64,000 nucleotides of DNA from Octopus vulgaris. Taxonomy: Eukaryota. Below, in pieces: positions 27,601 through 40,449 of the stretch; the first letter of the stretch is position 1, and the number at the start of each line of letters is the position of its first letter. The stretch lies in assembly GCA_951406725.2 (NCBI GenBank), contig OX597821.1, positions 97,278,001 to 97,342,000 on the forward strand, given 5' to 3'. The notes under the pieces were generated by a model, which was not told where the DNA came from, did not search any database, and saw only the letters and a program-made list of their open reading frames with translations. A program made the position numbers and the translations under genes.

Positions 27601-28094
27601 TGGATGGACGGATGGACAGATGGACGGACGGACAGACAGACAGACAGGCAGACAGATAGATAGATAGGTAGTGGGAGAGAGAGAGAGAGAGTGACAGACA
27701 GACAGGTAAACAGATAGAAATAGATAGATGAATGGACAGAGAGACAGTCACACAATTAGAGGGATAGACAGACAGACAGATAGATGGACACAGACTGACA
27801 GTTAGACAATTAGACAGGGAGAGAGAGAGAGATGGACAGACAGACAGACAGACAAGAAAACAGTCAGGTAATCATTATGGATTCACTGTGGTGTGAATTG
27901 CAATGCAGCAAGAGAATTACTCAATAATGTTTAAGTACAATAACATATATTTATATATTTAAATCTGTGTCTGAGTGAGTCACAACTTGGAGTTTCTTGT
28001 TCCTAATCATATATATATATATATATATGAATAATTATATTTAACATAATTATTCATGCATTACACACAATAAATATCTGTATAAAATGGTGTA

Positions 28095-28710
28095 CATACA
28101 CACACAAACATACACACAAACATACATACATATGTACATACATACACACATACATACATACATACATCCACACACACATACACACATACATACATACATA
28201 CATACATACATACATACATACATACATACACACACATACACACATACATACATACATACATACATACATACACACACATACATACATACATACATACACA
28301 CATACACACATACATACATACATACGTACATACACACATACACACACACATACATCATACATACATACATACATACACACATACACACATACATACATAC
28401 ATACATACACACATACACACACACACATACATACATACATACATACACACATACACACATACATACATACATACGTACATACACACATACACACACACAT
28501 ACATCATACATACATACATACATACACACATACATACATACACACATACACACATACATACATACATACGTACATACACACATACACACAAACATACACA
28601 CATACATCATACATACATACACACATACATACATACACACATACATACATACATACACACATACACACACACATACATACATACATTAATACATACATAC
28701 ATACATACAT
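28095..28710. repeat. (CATA)n/(CA)n compound microsatellite
   Basis: Direct reading. Confidence 0.95.
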
Positions 28711-28964
28711 CATCATCATCTTTATTTTAATGTCCCCTTTTCCATACTTGTATGGGTCAGGTGGAGCTTACTTGAGGCAGATTTTCTGCAGCTGGATGCC
28801 CTTCTTGTCACCTATCCTCATCTGTTAACAAGGAAGGTTATGTTTTCTTGTGGCCGGACACATTCTAAGAGATTACTAGAAAAAAACGACACTGCATGCA
28901 TAACAGTGACACTCATTTACAACTACCTCTCATATAGCATCAAAAGACACAAACACACACACAC

Positions 28965-28997
<33 letters not shown>

Positions 28998-30484
28998 TGA
29001 AAGTCTTTTAATTTCCATCTACCAAATCCACTCAAGGTTTTAGTCGGCCTAAGGTTTTAGCGTAAGACGCTTGCTTAAGGTGTTACACAGTGGGACTGAA
29101 CTCAAAATCATGCGTTTGGGAAGTAAACTTCTTTACCACACCCACACCTATCTATCTATCTATCTGTCTGTCTGTCTGTCTGTCTATCTATCCATCCATC
29201 CATCCATCCATCCATACATACATACATACATACATACATACATACATACATACATACATACATACATACATACATACATACATACATACATACATACATA
29301 CATACATACATACATACATACATTCATACATTCATATATGTAACCAGACATAAAGATGATAATGATATAAACATATATGTATATGTGTATTCATGTTTTG
29401 TGTTTGTTTGTCTCTGAGTAACTGTAATTTATACACAGATAGCTATGTGAAGTAATATGGCTCTTGAGCTGTGTGTGTGTATATTATTTGTGTATGTCAA
29501 TATATATATATATATATAAACAATAATAAATATGTGTATATATAGATGCATATGTGCCTGTGTGTGTATTTATATATCTGCACATATATATTTGTTTGTA
29601 TTTCCTTTCCCATTCCCCCCCCCTTTTATTTATTTATTAATTTATTTATTTTTTATTTTATTCCCCCCCCTTTTTTTCGTCCTCTTTCTTTCCCTTTACG
29701 ATCCCTTTTGATCGAAAACCAAACCCCCTTTTTTTCACCCCCAAAAGAAAAGCTCTACCTTGTAATTTGTCCTGTCTGTGTGCAGCCCTGTGTGGCTAAT
29801 AAAGAAACATATGTATCTGTGTAATTATTTGTACTAGTATATATAAGAATATGAAGATGTGTGTATGTATAAGAATATTTATATACACATATATATATAC
29901 AAAACAGACACTACGAAGCAAACGACTGATCTAAAAATGGAATGACAATAGCTATATAGCATTGGCACCTGTGATGTTTACCATTTTGGCTAGCACCATT
30001 TTCAAGACACCAGCACTAAAGATGAAATCGTCACTTTCTCTGCTATGTAGAACATTCCATTTTCTACTTACACATCAATGCCAGACTTATCATTTCACCA
30101 TCTCTCTCCTATTCTACACATTACAAGTATATATTTGTAGTGTATTTATTTATATACACACCAGTATATCTCTATACACTGCTGTGCAGTTGTGATGTAT
30201 TTATATACATTACAGATACATACCTTGTTTCTGGTGTAATTTATACATTATTGTATTCATATCTGATGGATAGTTACCTTGGTATAGAAACACACATATT
30301 AACGCATAAGCACACTGCACACTCCTCTCTGTGTTCTGCTCTCTAACACAATTCATTCTCTTCTTATTCACATACATACATACACTCACACTCTCTTTCA
30401 CAGATGCACACACAGACACATTAAGGTATGGAGAAAAATAGTGAGCTGAAGACAGATGAACAGATATATCTATCTATCTATCTA

Positions 30485-30545
<61 letters not shown>

Positions 30546-30596
30546 GTGTGTGTGCATGTGAGTGTATGTATGTATACACACACTTATTCACATGTT

Positions 30597-30660
<64 letters not shown>

Positions 30661-30796
30661 GGGTGGCGAATACTTGGTTTTTATTTTTCATTTACTTCGA
30701 AATTTGCTATAAAATTGTGGTTTTTGGCCATCTTGGCTGCTATTTCTAGCATGTAAAATTTACCTGTGTAAGGGTAATTTTCTATTTTGAAATACG

Positions 30797-30836
<40 letters not shown>

Positions 30837-31071
30837 TGTATACACATATGCATACATACATCTCTCTCTCTCTATATATATATATATACATACACATACA
30901 CATGTATATATAAACACATACATACTTATACATATTGCCATTTAGGATAATGTGCACCAATTGAGTTGGCAGATTTCTTGTGTACCCCGTCTTCGTTCTG
31001 ATGTTGAAACCGCCAGTAGCATGAACAGTAGCATGGTGGTGGTGGTCGTGGTAGTCGTGGTAGTAGCAGTT

Positions 31072-31102
<31 letters not shown>

Positions 31103-31605
31103 CAGCAACAGCAGTTGTAGTTGTTGGATTAACAGTAATCTATGAATCGATCTCCAATGTAAACACTGAGCTATTGCACATGTGAATTGCAGAGAGAGAG
31201 AGAGAGATGAGAGATGAGAGATGAAGGTTTGATATAATGTAATGATTGTTGTTGCTTTTACTGCTGCTGCTGCTGCTGAGACTACTACTGCTACTGTTGC
31301 CACCATTGGTTCTTTCTTATCATTCCCCTGACATCTGAGGATGTGTCTTAGTAGTGTCGGTCTACTTACCTCCTTTCCCATAAACAAACAGATCTCTCTT
31401 TCTCTCTCTGTTGTTGTCTGAATTTAACTCTTTTCCTCATCCACCCCTCCACTCCTTCCTTCCATCCACCAAAAACAAAATTAAAACATGGATATTTGAC
31501 CCACAAGTGTTCATTTTGTCACTCATGATTCTTCTCTAGAAAGTCTACTTAGTGCTTCTATCTTTTCCAGTTCATCTGGTACCTGCTGGGTTCTTAATTT
31601 TTGGG

Positions 31606-31780
31606 TTGCCGTTACGTTCTGAGTTCAAATTCCGCCGAGGTCGACTTTGCCTTTCATCCTTTCGGGGTCGATAGATAAAGTACCAGTTTCGTACTGGGGT
31701 CGATATAATCGACTTAATCCCTTTGTCTGTCCTTGTTTGTCCTCTCTATGTTTAGCCCCTTTGTGGGCAATAAAGAAATA
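31606..31780 (+). mobile_element. 5'-truncated SINE family A, TSD tttttgggt
   Basis: Consensus match and flanking direct repeat. Confidence 0.85.
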
Positions 31781-31925
31781 TATTTTTGGGTCACCTACAT
31801 CTACACTAGTCACCAGCATTAAACACTTTGTGCTTATCTCCTACCCATCTACCCACCACTTCTGCCTTCCCCACCTCATCATGTATTGATAAACATTTGG
31901 GTAGCACTTAGTTTCATAGCATTAA

Positions 31926-32141
31926 CCCTTTTGATACCAACCCAGCCAAAACCGCCTCAGGCTCTGTAGTACAAATGTCTTGTTTTCATAATTATTGAAT
32001 TAAAATCTTCCACCAAACCTTAGCCACAATTTATGTTCCCAACACTAGCTTAATGATAACCAAATTCTTTTACTAAATTCTTTGTTATATTTAATTGAAT
32101 GAAACACAGAGCATCCCAAAATAAATACGGTAATGAAAGGG
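31926..32141 (+). mobile_element. piggyBac-type MITE
   Basis: TTAA|CCCTTT ... AAAGGG|TTAA; second copy at 63205-63423. Confidence 0.8.
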
Positions 32142-32244
32142 TTAAAGACTGAATTTCATATACAATTAACCACAGGTATTCCTGATATGCTAATCTCTTC
32201 TCTTTTTATCATCTTTGTTGTGTCCAGCCCATAAACCTCAGTCT

Positions 32245-32368
32245 AATCACTATGATCAGTCCTTCTTCCACTGAAGTTCATCCTTCTGGAATTTTCTCTC
32301 TCTTCATATTTTCTCTGCAGCTATTGACATACAAACATTCAGGAAGAACATTAATGGTATCAGTCACA
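32245..32368 (+). pseudogene. Ancient CR1/L2/Jockey-group LINE ORF2 C-terminal relic
   Basis: Translates HYDQSFFH*SSSFWNFLSLHIFSAAIDIQTFRKNINGISH, resembling the SFFPR..LWNSLP...FK motif. Confidence 0.45.
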
Positions 32369-34388
32369 GGCGGCAAGCTGGCAGAATCGTTAGGCCCAGC
32401 CAGTTAAAACAAAAAAAAATCTTGGAAATTAATAAAATTCACATACTAAGCAATAACTTGCAATGTTTCAATATATTGTCTGTAAGTAAGGTATTGTGGC
32501 TGTGTTATATATGTAGGGATTATATAACAAAGCAAGAATAAAGTAGGTTTTTATTTATAATAATAATAATAATATAAATAATGATAATTATTTCTACTGT
32601 ACACAGTGTGAAATTTTGTGGAAGGGGGTTTGTTGATTACACCAAGCCCAGTGCTCAAATGGTACTTATTTCATCAATCTTGAAACTATGAAAGGCATAG
32701 TTGATCTCAGTAGCATTTGAACTCAGATTAGGAAGTCAGAAAAAATGCCATTAAGTATTTTATCCAGTTTGCTGATGATTCTATCAGCTTGCTGCCTTAT
32801 ATAGTAGTAGTAGTAGTAGTAGTACTAGTAGTAATGGCTTCAAATTTTGGCACAAGGCCAGCAATTTCAGAGGTGGGATACAGTGATTCCAATGACCCCC
32901 AATGTTCAACTGGTACTCATTTTATCGACCTCAAAAGGATTGAAAGCAAAGTCAACCTCAGCAGAATTTGAGCTCAGAACATGTAGACAGATGAAAAGCC
33001 ACTAAGCTTTTCACGCAATGTGCTAATGGATTCTGCCAGCTCACCTCCTTGAGCTTGATATATATATACAATGCTCAAGTGCACCACAACTCTTTTGGAA
33101 CAAGAGTAAAAGAGAGGACAAAAAGCAGTAATAAGTCAAGTAAAGAAAGACAGCAATGATAGCTAAAAGCAGATTCATAAATACACAGAATAAAGTACAA
33201 AAAAGAAAAGTGATCAGTAAAAGTACCATAAAAAGGACAAAAGTGCTTGAGCATGTCAAGACCAGTGTTGGCAAATGTCAGGAAGTATAGAATTTTTAAG
33301 TTTACAGTGAAAAGATCACTAACATCTGATATGGGTAGTTTGTTCCATGCATGGAAAAACATGTTTCTAAAAGTCATATTTGCTCTGCTATTTTTTTTTT
33401 TTTTTTGATTTTACACATAATATATTTAAGTACCAATCAGTCTGCCTCGTTTCTTTTTTCATTGATCTTTCACCATGACAATTGTTTGACTTATCCCTTA
33501 TGTAGTTTATGAATTCTCTTTGATGTTATTCTTCAATTATCCAAGCTTAGCCAGATTCATACATTCCAGCAACAACTTTCACAGACTTTGAATTACTCAA
33601 TGATAACAACCGGTCTCATGTTAATTAAGAAAAATTTAATTAGATCATTCACAGGCTAATATAGTTGATTATGAAATCAACAAATAGTGTCCTTTCAATG
33701 CTTAATTAAAAAAAAAAAGAAAAAACTATCTTTTTATAAATTTGATCTACAATGAAGATTTATTTATTGAAAGATTTTGTAATATAATTAAAAGTAATAG
33801 AAAATAATTATACTGGAATTTGATTGTAGATACATTCATTAAAATGGCTGAAATGGCAAGAATAACTTGAATACATTCGACTGTTTTGACATCAGTTGTT
33901 TGGAGAAAGCTCTGACTACCATCACTTTTGGTCATTATGAAAGTGGAAGCTTCCAGAATCTCTTTATTCATTATAAACCAAATAAATGTTCATCTTATTT
34001 GTTGCTGAAATTGTCCAGTAATATACTAAAAATTAAGAAGAAAATGATATGTAATTAACCAGCAAATTTTACATGGATTTGTGTGTTTGTGCTTGTAATG
34101 TATGTGTGTGTGAGCATGTGTACACATTCACATGTGTTTCTGTGTACATATTGACACACATACACATACATACATATTGGTTTCAAATATTGGCTCAAGG
34201 CTAGTGAGCTCAGGGGAGGAGATAAGTCAATTACACTGACCCCAGTACTCAACTGGTACTTATTTTATTGACCCCAAAAGGGTGAAAGGTAAAGTCGATC
34301 TCAGCAAAAACATAATGAAGGAGGAAATGCCACTAAGCATTTTTGCCTAGTGTGCTTTCAATTCTGCCAGCTTGACACCTTATATATA

Positions 34389-34565
34389 TGACCTCGTATG
34401 TACCGTTGGCGATTTTTTTTCCTATGTTTCCGGCGAAGAGCTCCGCTCGAAACGTTAAACCCTCCTTCTTTCCTTCTTTCCTGAGTGTCCAATAATACTA
34501 TATTTGTTCCACGTCCTCGCGTTGTTGTGTTTTTTTTGTGCTTTCTTGTTTGAATTAACTTTATA
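34389..34565 (+). mobile_element. Short hammerhead-type element, family F4, in (TA)n
   Basis: gttt ccggcga a gagc tcc gctc GAAACGTT aaac; copies at 37757-37870, 50298-50505 and 50611-50815. Confidence 0.7.
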
Positions 34566-35371
34566 TATATATATTCAAAGCTGATAATTCCCTTTATATT
34601 ATCCCTTAAGATTTTAATAAATTGTCCATAATTCCTGAAATGTTAGTAGTTTGGTGCATCTTCACCAAACATCCAGAATATCTCACCCTTCTTCCTCATT
34701 CATATTCTGCAGTACACTAACCATCTAAAGATTTTACAGTTTCACATCACACCAAATATACTACTCAACTGGCAGAATGCTGTGAGCAGCTGACATATAC
34801 CAAATATTCACCTTCAGTTTATGTTTAACTTCATACTAACAGCTCAATCAGAGAAAGAGGCTTTGAATAAAATTATGTCTCAAAATCTTTTACTACATAT
34901 GTTTGCTTTTCAGGAATCTCTAGCTATCACAACATTGGTGTGCATCAAAAGAAGAGAAGGGAATACATATAGAGAGACACATGCATTGTGAAGGCAAATA
35001 AATGTTCAAGTCATTAGGATGTTTGCTTTATGGCTATAATGTCATGAGTTCAATTCCTGGAATTGGCAATGCTTTCTATCCTTGAGCAAGACACTTTATT
35101 TCACTTAGTATACCAGCCAAGTGCTGGTGCAGTTCTTTTTCCCCTCAAACTGTGACATCTTGGATGTTTTGCATGGTCAAAGACTGCCAAGTCAAAGAGG
35201 GTATTTGCTCATAAAAACATAGGCCCCTAAAATAATTAAAGAAATTATAGTACATGTTATGAATGTTAGAAAGCCATACCTGTTTGCAGATGATGGCTTG
35301 CTTTTAAGATGTGTGTGTGTGTGTATGTGCATGTATATAAATACACTTGTGTGTGTGTACATATATATATA

Positions 35372-35744
35372 CTCTTTACTTTCTCTTTTACTCTTTTACT
35401 TGTTTCAGTCATTTGACTGCGGCCATGCTGGATCACCTCCTTTAGTCAAGCAAATCGACCCCAGGACTTATTCTTTGTAAGCCTAGTACTTATTCTATCG
35501 GTCTCTTTTGCCGAACCGCTAAGTTACAGGGACATGAACACACCAGACACACAAACACACACATACACATATATACATATACATGACAGGCTTCTTTCAG
35601 TTTCCGTCTTCCAAATCCACTCACAAGGCTTTGGTCGACCCAAGGCTATAGTAGAAGACACTTGCCCAAAGTGCCACGCAGTGGGACTGAACCCGGAACC
35701 ATGTGGTTGGTAAACAAGCTACTTACCACATGGCCACTCCTGTG

Positions 35745-35745
<1 letters not shown>
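35372..35745 (-). mobile_element. SINE family B
   Basis: Consensus match. Confidence 0.88.
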
Positions 35746-35803
<58 letters not shown>

Positions 35804-35818
35804 GATAGATACCTAGAT

Positions 35819-35860
<42 letters not shown>

Positions 35861-35875
35861 TAAATAATTGTTATT

Positions 35876-36015
35876 ACATATTCCTTTATCGCAGTAAATT
35901 TAACTTACAGTTGTTTCCAATAGTCATTATAGGATCATTCATTGATCAATGAACAAACCTAAAATGATTATCAGAAACAGCTGTAAGTCGAATTTACTGC
36001 ATTAAAGGAATATGT
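35876..36015. repeat. Fold-back insert, ~70-bp arms, centre attgatcaat
   Basis: acatattccttt...aaaggaatatgt; contains gaaacagctgta (hammerhead stem III-like palindrome). Confidence 0.7.
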
Positions 36016-36500
36016 TACATCATGTCTTTGTGTAAAAAAAAAAAAACCAATCTAACTGAGAATACAACCATAAATTTACAATATTGAATGGTGATAATCT
36101 ATAACCTCAAACCCTACCATAAACATACATGGAATTCTTCACTAATCTAAAATATTTTGTTAGCCTGGTGTGTGTGTTTTTATAAAGTGTTTTGCCCAGA
36201 TTGATAATCCCTCATTAATAACTATATATACATATATGTATGTATATCTTTCATCTTTTACTTACTTCAGTCATTAGACTGTGGCCATGCTGGGGTACCA
36301 ACCTTGAAGAATTTTTCATGAAATGTATCGAATCCAGTACTTAATTTCTTTTAAAATTTTGATACTTATTCTATCACTCTCTTTTTCTGAACTGCTAAGT
36401 TACAGGGATGGAAACACTCCAGCACCAGTTGTCAAGTGATGTGGTGGGGGAGGGGGACAAGAACATACACACGAAGACACTATATATATATATATCTGTA

Positions 36501-36812
36501 ATGGCACGTAAAAAGCACCATCCAAATCGAGGCCGATGCCAGCGCCGCCTTGACTGGCTTCCGTGCAGGTGGCATGTAAAATACACCAATCTGATCATGG
36601 CCGTTGCCAGCTTCGCCTGGCACCTGTGCCGGTGGTACATAAAAAGCACCCACTACACTCACGGAGTGGTTGGTGTTAGGAAGGGCATCCAGCTGTAGAA
36701 ACACTGCCATATCAGACTAGAGCCTGGTGCAGCCTTCTGGCTTCCCAGATCCCCGGTCGAACCGTCCAACCCATGCTAGCATGGAGAACGGACATTAAAC
36801 GATGATGATGAT
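36501..36812 (+). mobile_element. RTE family 2 3'UTR with three tandem units
   Basis: Three ggcacgtaaaaagcacc-type motifs, (GAT)n tail. Confidence 0.85.
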
Positions 36813-37110
36813 GTAATATGTGATAATTATTCGGTAGCCATGATAAAACTCCGAGGTTCAGATGCCGGGGTGGAAAACCATGACGCCATCTCTTCAGTTA
36901 TCCGGCCATCGGAAAAAATGGAATGAGTGTAGGAGCATTTTTTCCGGTGACCGGATAACTGAAGAGATGGCGGCATGGTTTTTCCACCCTGGCATCCGAA
37001 ACTCGGAGTTTTATCATGGCTACCAAATAATTGTCACATATTACATTTACAGATAAATTTCTCTATTTATATAATATCGAGGTCCCTTTCATTTTTTTTT
37101 TGTTGTCTTA
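36811..37110. mobile_element. Fold-back PLE-type terminal repeat with hammerhead
   Basis: Arms 36811-36920 and 36936-37046; tail to ~37110. Confidence 0.75.
36954..37015 (+). ncRNA. Type I hammerhead ribozyme candidate
   Basis: gataa CTGAAGA gatg...catc c GAA actc g gagt T ttatc; stems I, II and III all pair. Confidence 0.7.
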
Positions 37111-37578
37111 CCATATACATATATATACAACAGTCTTCTTTCGGTCTACCAAATCCACTCACAGGGCTTTGGTTGGCCCAAGGTTTGGCACTGAACCATG
37201 AACCATGTGATTGGGAAGCAAGCGTCTTACCACACATGAGTGTGTGTGTGTGTGTGTGTGTGTGTGTAGCATTCTTGCTACACAAACATATAAATACATA
37301 TTTTGGATGTTATGACAGTAAGTACACTGCCAGTATGAATGAATTAGCAACCTGGCAAGTTGTCAATCTGCCAAGCTGCCAACCTAAGGAGCGTGTACTG
37401 AACAATCTGGTCATCATCTCAGTATCTCTCTGTGAATACTGTATGTCATTCATTAGCAATAGCACTGTAGAGGAATATTACCATATCACTGACACCATCA
37501 TGCTCTCTTCTATATATATGTATGCCCATCTGTCTGTGTTTCTTTACTCTCTCTCCCTCACTCCTCTTTCTCTTTCTA

Positions 37579-38005
37579 GGCACAGGTGCGGCTGTGTGGT
37601 AAAGAATCTTACTTCCTAACCACATGGTTCCAGGTTCAGTCCCACTGCATGGCACTTTGGGCAAGTGTCTTCTACTATGGCCTTCAGCCAACCAAAGCCT
37701 TGTGAATGGATTTGGTCAACGAAAACTGAAAGAAGCCTCTCTCTCTCTCTCTCTCTCTCGATCAAACCCTCCTTCTTCCCTTCTTTCCTGAGCGTCCAAT
37801 AATACTTTATTTGTTCCACGTCCTTGCGTTGTTGTTTTTTTTGTTTTTGTTTTCTTGTTTGGATTAACTTTATATATATATATATATATACATATATATT
37901 AGGCTTAAAAAATAAGTCCTGTAGGTTTTGTTCAACTAAAAATAACCCTCCAAGGCAGTGCTCCAGCATGGCTGCAATCAAATGACTGAAACAAGTGAAA
38001 GAATA
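37579..38005 (+). mobile_element. SINE family B split by an F4 fragment
   Basis: B head 37579-37737, F4 37757-37870, B tail 37900-38005. Confidence 0.75.
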
Positions 38006-38023
38006 AAAGATTTTAAAAATATA

Positions 38024-38073
<50 letters not shown>

Positions 38074-38075
38074 TA

Positions 38076-38300
38076 TTTAAAATCAAAGCAAGGTTCAATA
38101 ATCAAACCTTAAAGCTTCACAGACTGGGTTAAATGAAAAACTGCCAAATTATCCAGTTATATATGGTTCTTAAAAGAACAGGGTGTCGGCTGTAAGATTT
38201 ACTGGAAGAGCTTGGCCAAGTGTAAGCCTCATACCAAAGGTTGTGGCAAATGTGGTCTTTGTAATATGGAACAATAGCTCATCTGGAAAAGTTCCTTGGA
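38076..38300 (+). pseudogene. PLE GIY-YIG endonuclease C-terminal fragment (Neptune-like)
   Basis: With one frameshift: KARFNNQ..SF...KLSSYIWFLKEQGVGCKIYWKSLAKCKPHTKGCGKCGLCNMEQ*LIW, matching the LSxYIWxLK...WxxL...CxLC.E pattern of PLE endonucleases. Confidence 0.65.
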
Positions 38301-38711
38301 CCCTCTACGTGTCTAAATTCAAGATGTGAACTTTTGGGATCATGTCCACATGTGACAAAATACCTGTTACAGTTTTAGCCCCTCCCCCAAGATCATGGAT
38401 AGAATTCACATTTTTACTATGTTCCTGTACAAGCTTTCTATATGTCTTAACATTTTTTATATATATTTTTTCATTTTTTCTTTTTTCTTTTGTAATTGTA
38501 TGAATGTGTGTGTGAGTATCTTTATATGTATGTATATGAGTGTAAGACTGTCCAGTGCATAAGTGCAACTTTCATGCACACATCCCCTTCATTTATACAG
38601 ATATGCATATGTTTGTATATCTGAGGGTATAGTGTGTGATTGGAGTATGTTTATGTATGTATATATATATATATGTATATACGTATATGCGGGAGTGTGA
38701 ATGTATGCCTG

Positions 38712-38758
<47 letters not shown>

Positions 38759-39180
38759 CATATATTTATATGTATAAATGTCTAAATATATATATGTATG
38801 CATGCAGATACCTATGTGTATATGAGCATGCAGTTGCATGCACATATATATATATATATATATACATACATGTGTGCGTGGATATGTGTGTATGTATTAG
38901 TATGTACATGCACATATATGTTTGTGTGAGTATGTACACATGTAGATGTTATGAACACAAGAGGTTCTATGTCAATGTATTGTGAGAGAATATGGTTGCG
39001 TGTATTTTTATCTTTTTTCTACCTATTAGAGTAAATTCCCTTTTATTCAACAGTTTTTTGTAGCACCTATTGCCATTAATAGCCGACAAGAATGCTTCGT
39101 AGCTCTTTGCTCTGACATTCAGAACTCCGAGTACTATAATGACAACTTACTGTTTGTCCTAAATTATACAAATATATATA

Positions 39181-39487
39181 CATCACGTGATCACGTGACT
39201 GACCAGACCATCAGATGTTGCTACACATCGCTGGTCACAATGCGTTCGCATTGTTTTAGCCTTCGAATGACACCACCCCGCTGGCTAAGCGAGCAGGCCA
39301 ACAAAAGAAAGAGTGAGAGAAAGAGTGGTGAAAGAGTACAGCAGGGATCACCACCCCCTGCCGGAGCCTCCTGGAGCTTTAAGGTGTTTTTGCTCAATAA
39401 ACACACACAACGCCCGGTCTGGGAATCAAAACCGTGATCCTATGACCGCGAGTTCGCTGCCCTAACCACTAGGCCATTGCGCCTCCA
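39181..39487 (-). mobile_element. SINE family C, tail type 1
   Basis: tRNA-like head tggaggcgcaatggcctagtggttagggcagcg...; near-identical to 54731-55038. Confidence 0.88.
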
Positions 39488-39516
39488 TATATATACATAT
39501 ATATATATATATATAT

Positions 39517-39704
39517 CGGGAGAGTTTACAAAAAAAACAAAAGACGAAGACAGGTGGTGTACAAAACAAACAGATGTATTAGTATAACGCTCAGGAAGAG
39601 AAAAAGTCTTTTACGTTTCTAGCCTACGCTCTACTACAGAAAGGGACACAGAAAAAACAAGGAGAGAAAAAAATGTGTGTTGTGGCTAACGATCTATCAT
39701 GGCG
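39517..39704 (-). mobile_element. Short hammerhead-type element F3
   Basis: Reverse strand ctttctgtagtagagcgtaggctagaaacgtaaaag. Confidence 0.7.
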
Positions 39705-39902
39705 TCCATATTCTCTCACAATAGATTGACATAGAACCTCTTGCGTTCATAACGTCTACATGTGTACATACTCACACAAACATGTATATGTACATGCACA
39801 TACACACACAAACATATATGTGCATGTACATACTCATACATAAACATATATCCACACACATGCACACATGTATGTATATATATATGTGCATGCAACTATA
39901 TG

Positions 39903-39944
<42 letters not shown>

Positions 39945-39999
39945 ATATGTATGTGTGTGTGTGTGTATACATATATATATATGCATGTATATAAATATA

Positions 40000-40390
40000 A
40001 TAGGAGTGGCTGTGTGGTAAGTAGCTTGCTTACCCACCACATGGTTCCAGGTTCAGTCCTACTGCTTGGCACTTTGAGCAAGTGTCTTCTACTATAGCCT
40101 CAGGCTGACCAAAGCCTTGTGATTTGGTAGATGGAAACTGAAAGAAGCCCATGGTATATATGAGTGTGTATGTGTGTGTTTGTTTGTGTATTTGTGTTTG
40201 TCTCCCACCATTGCTTGACAACCAATGTTGGTGTGGTCTTGTCCCCTGTAACTTAGCAGTTTGGCAAAAGAGACCTATAGAATAAGTATTAGGCTTACAA
40301 AGAATAAGTCCTGGGGTAGATTTGTTCGACTAAAGGCAGTGCTCCAGCATGTCTGCAGTCAAATGGCTGAAACAAATAAAAGAGTAAAAG
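40000..40390 (+). mobile_element. SINE family B
   Basis: Consensus match. Confidence 0.88.
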
Positions 40391-40391
40391 A

Positions 40392-40448
<57 letters not shown>

Positions 40449-40449
40449 A

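Noticed and set aside
32300-32365. Strong-looking splice acceptor (ttttctctgcag) and short exon
   Set aside because: Better explained as an old LINE ORF2 C-terminal relic read through the apparent acceptor
33747-33971. 74-aa minus-strand ORF in unique sequence
   Set aside because: No motif and no convincing splice sites
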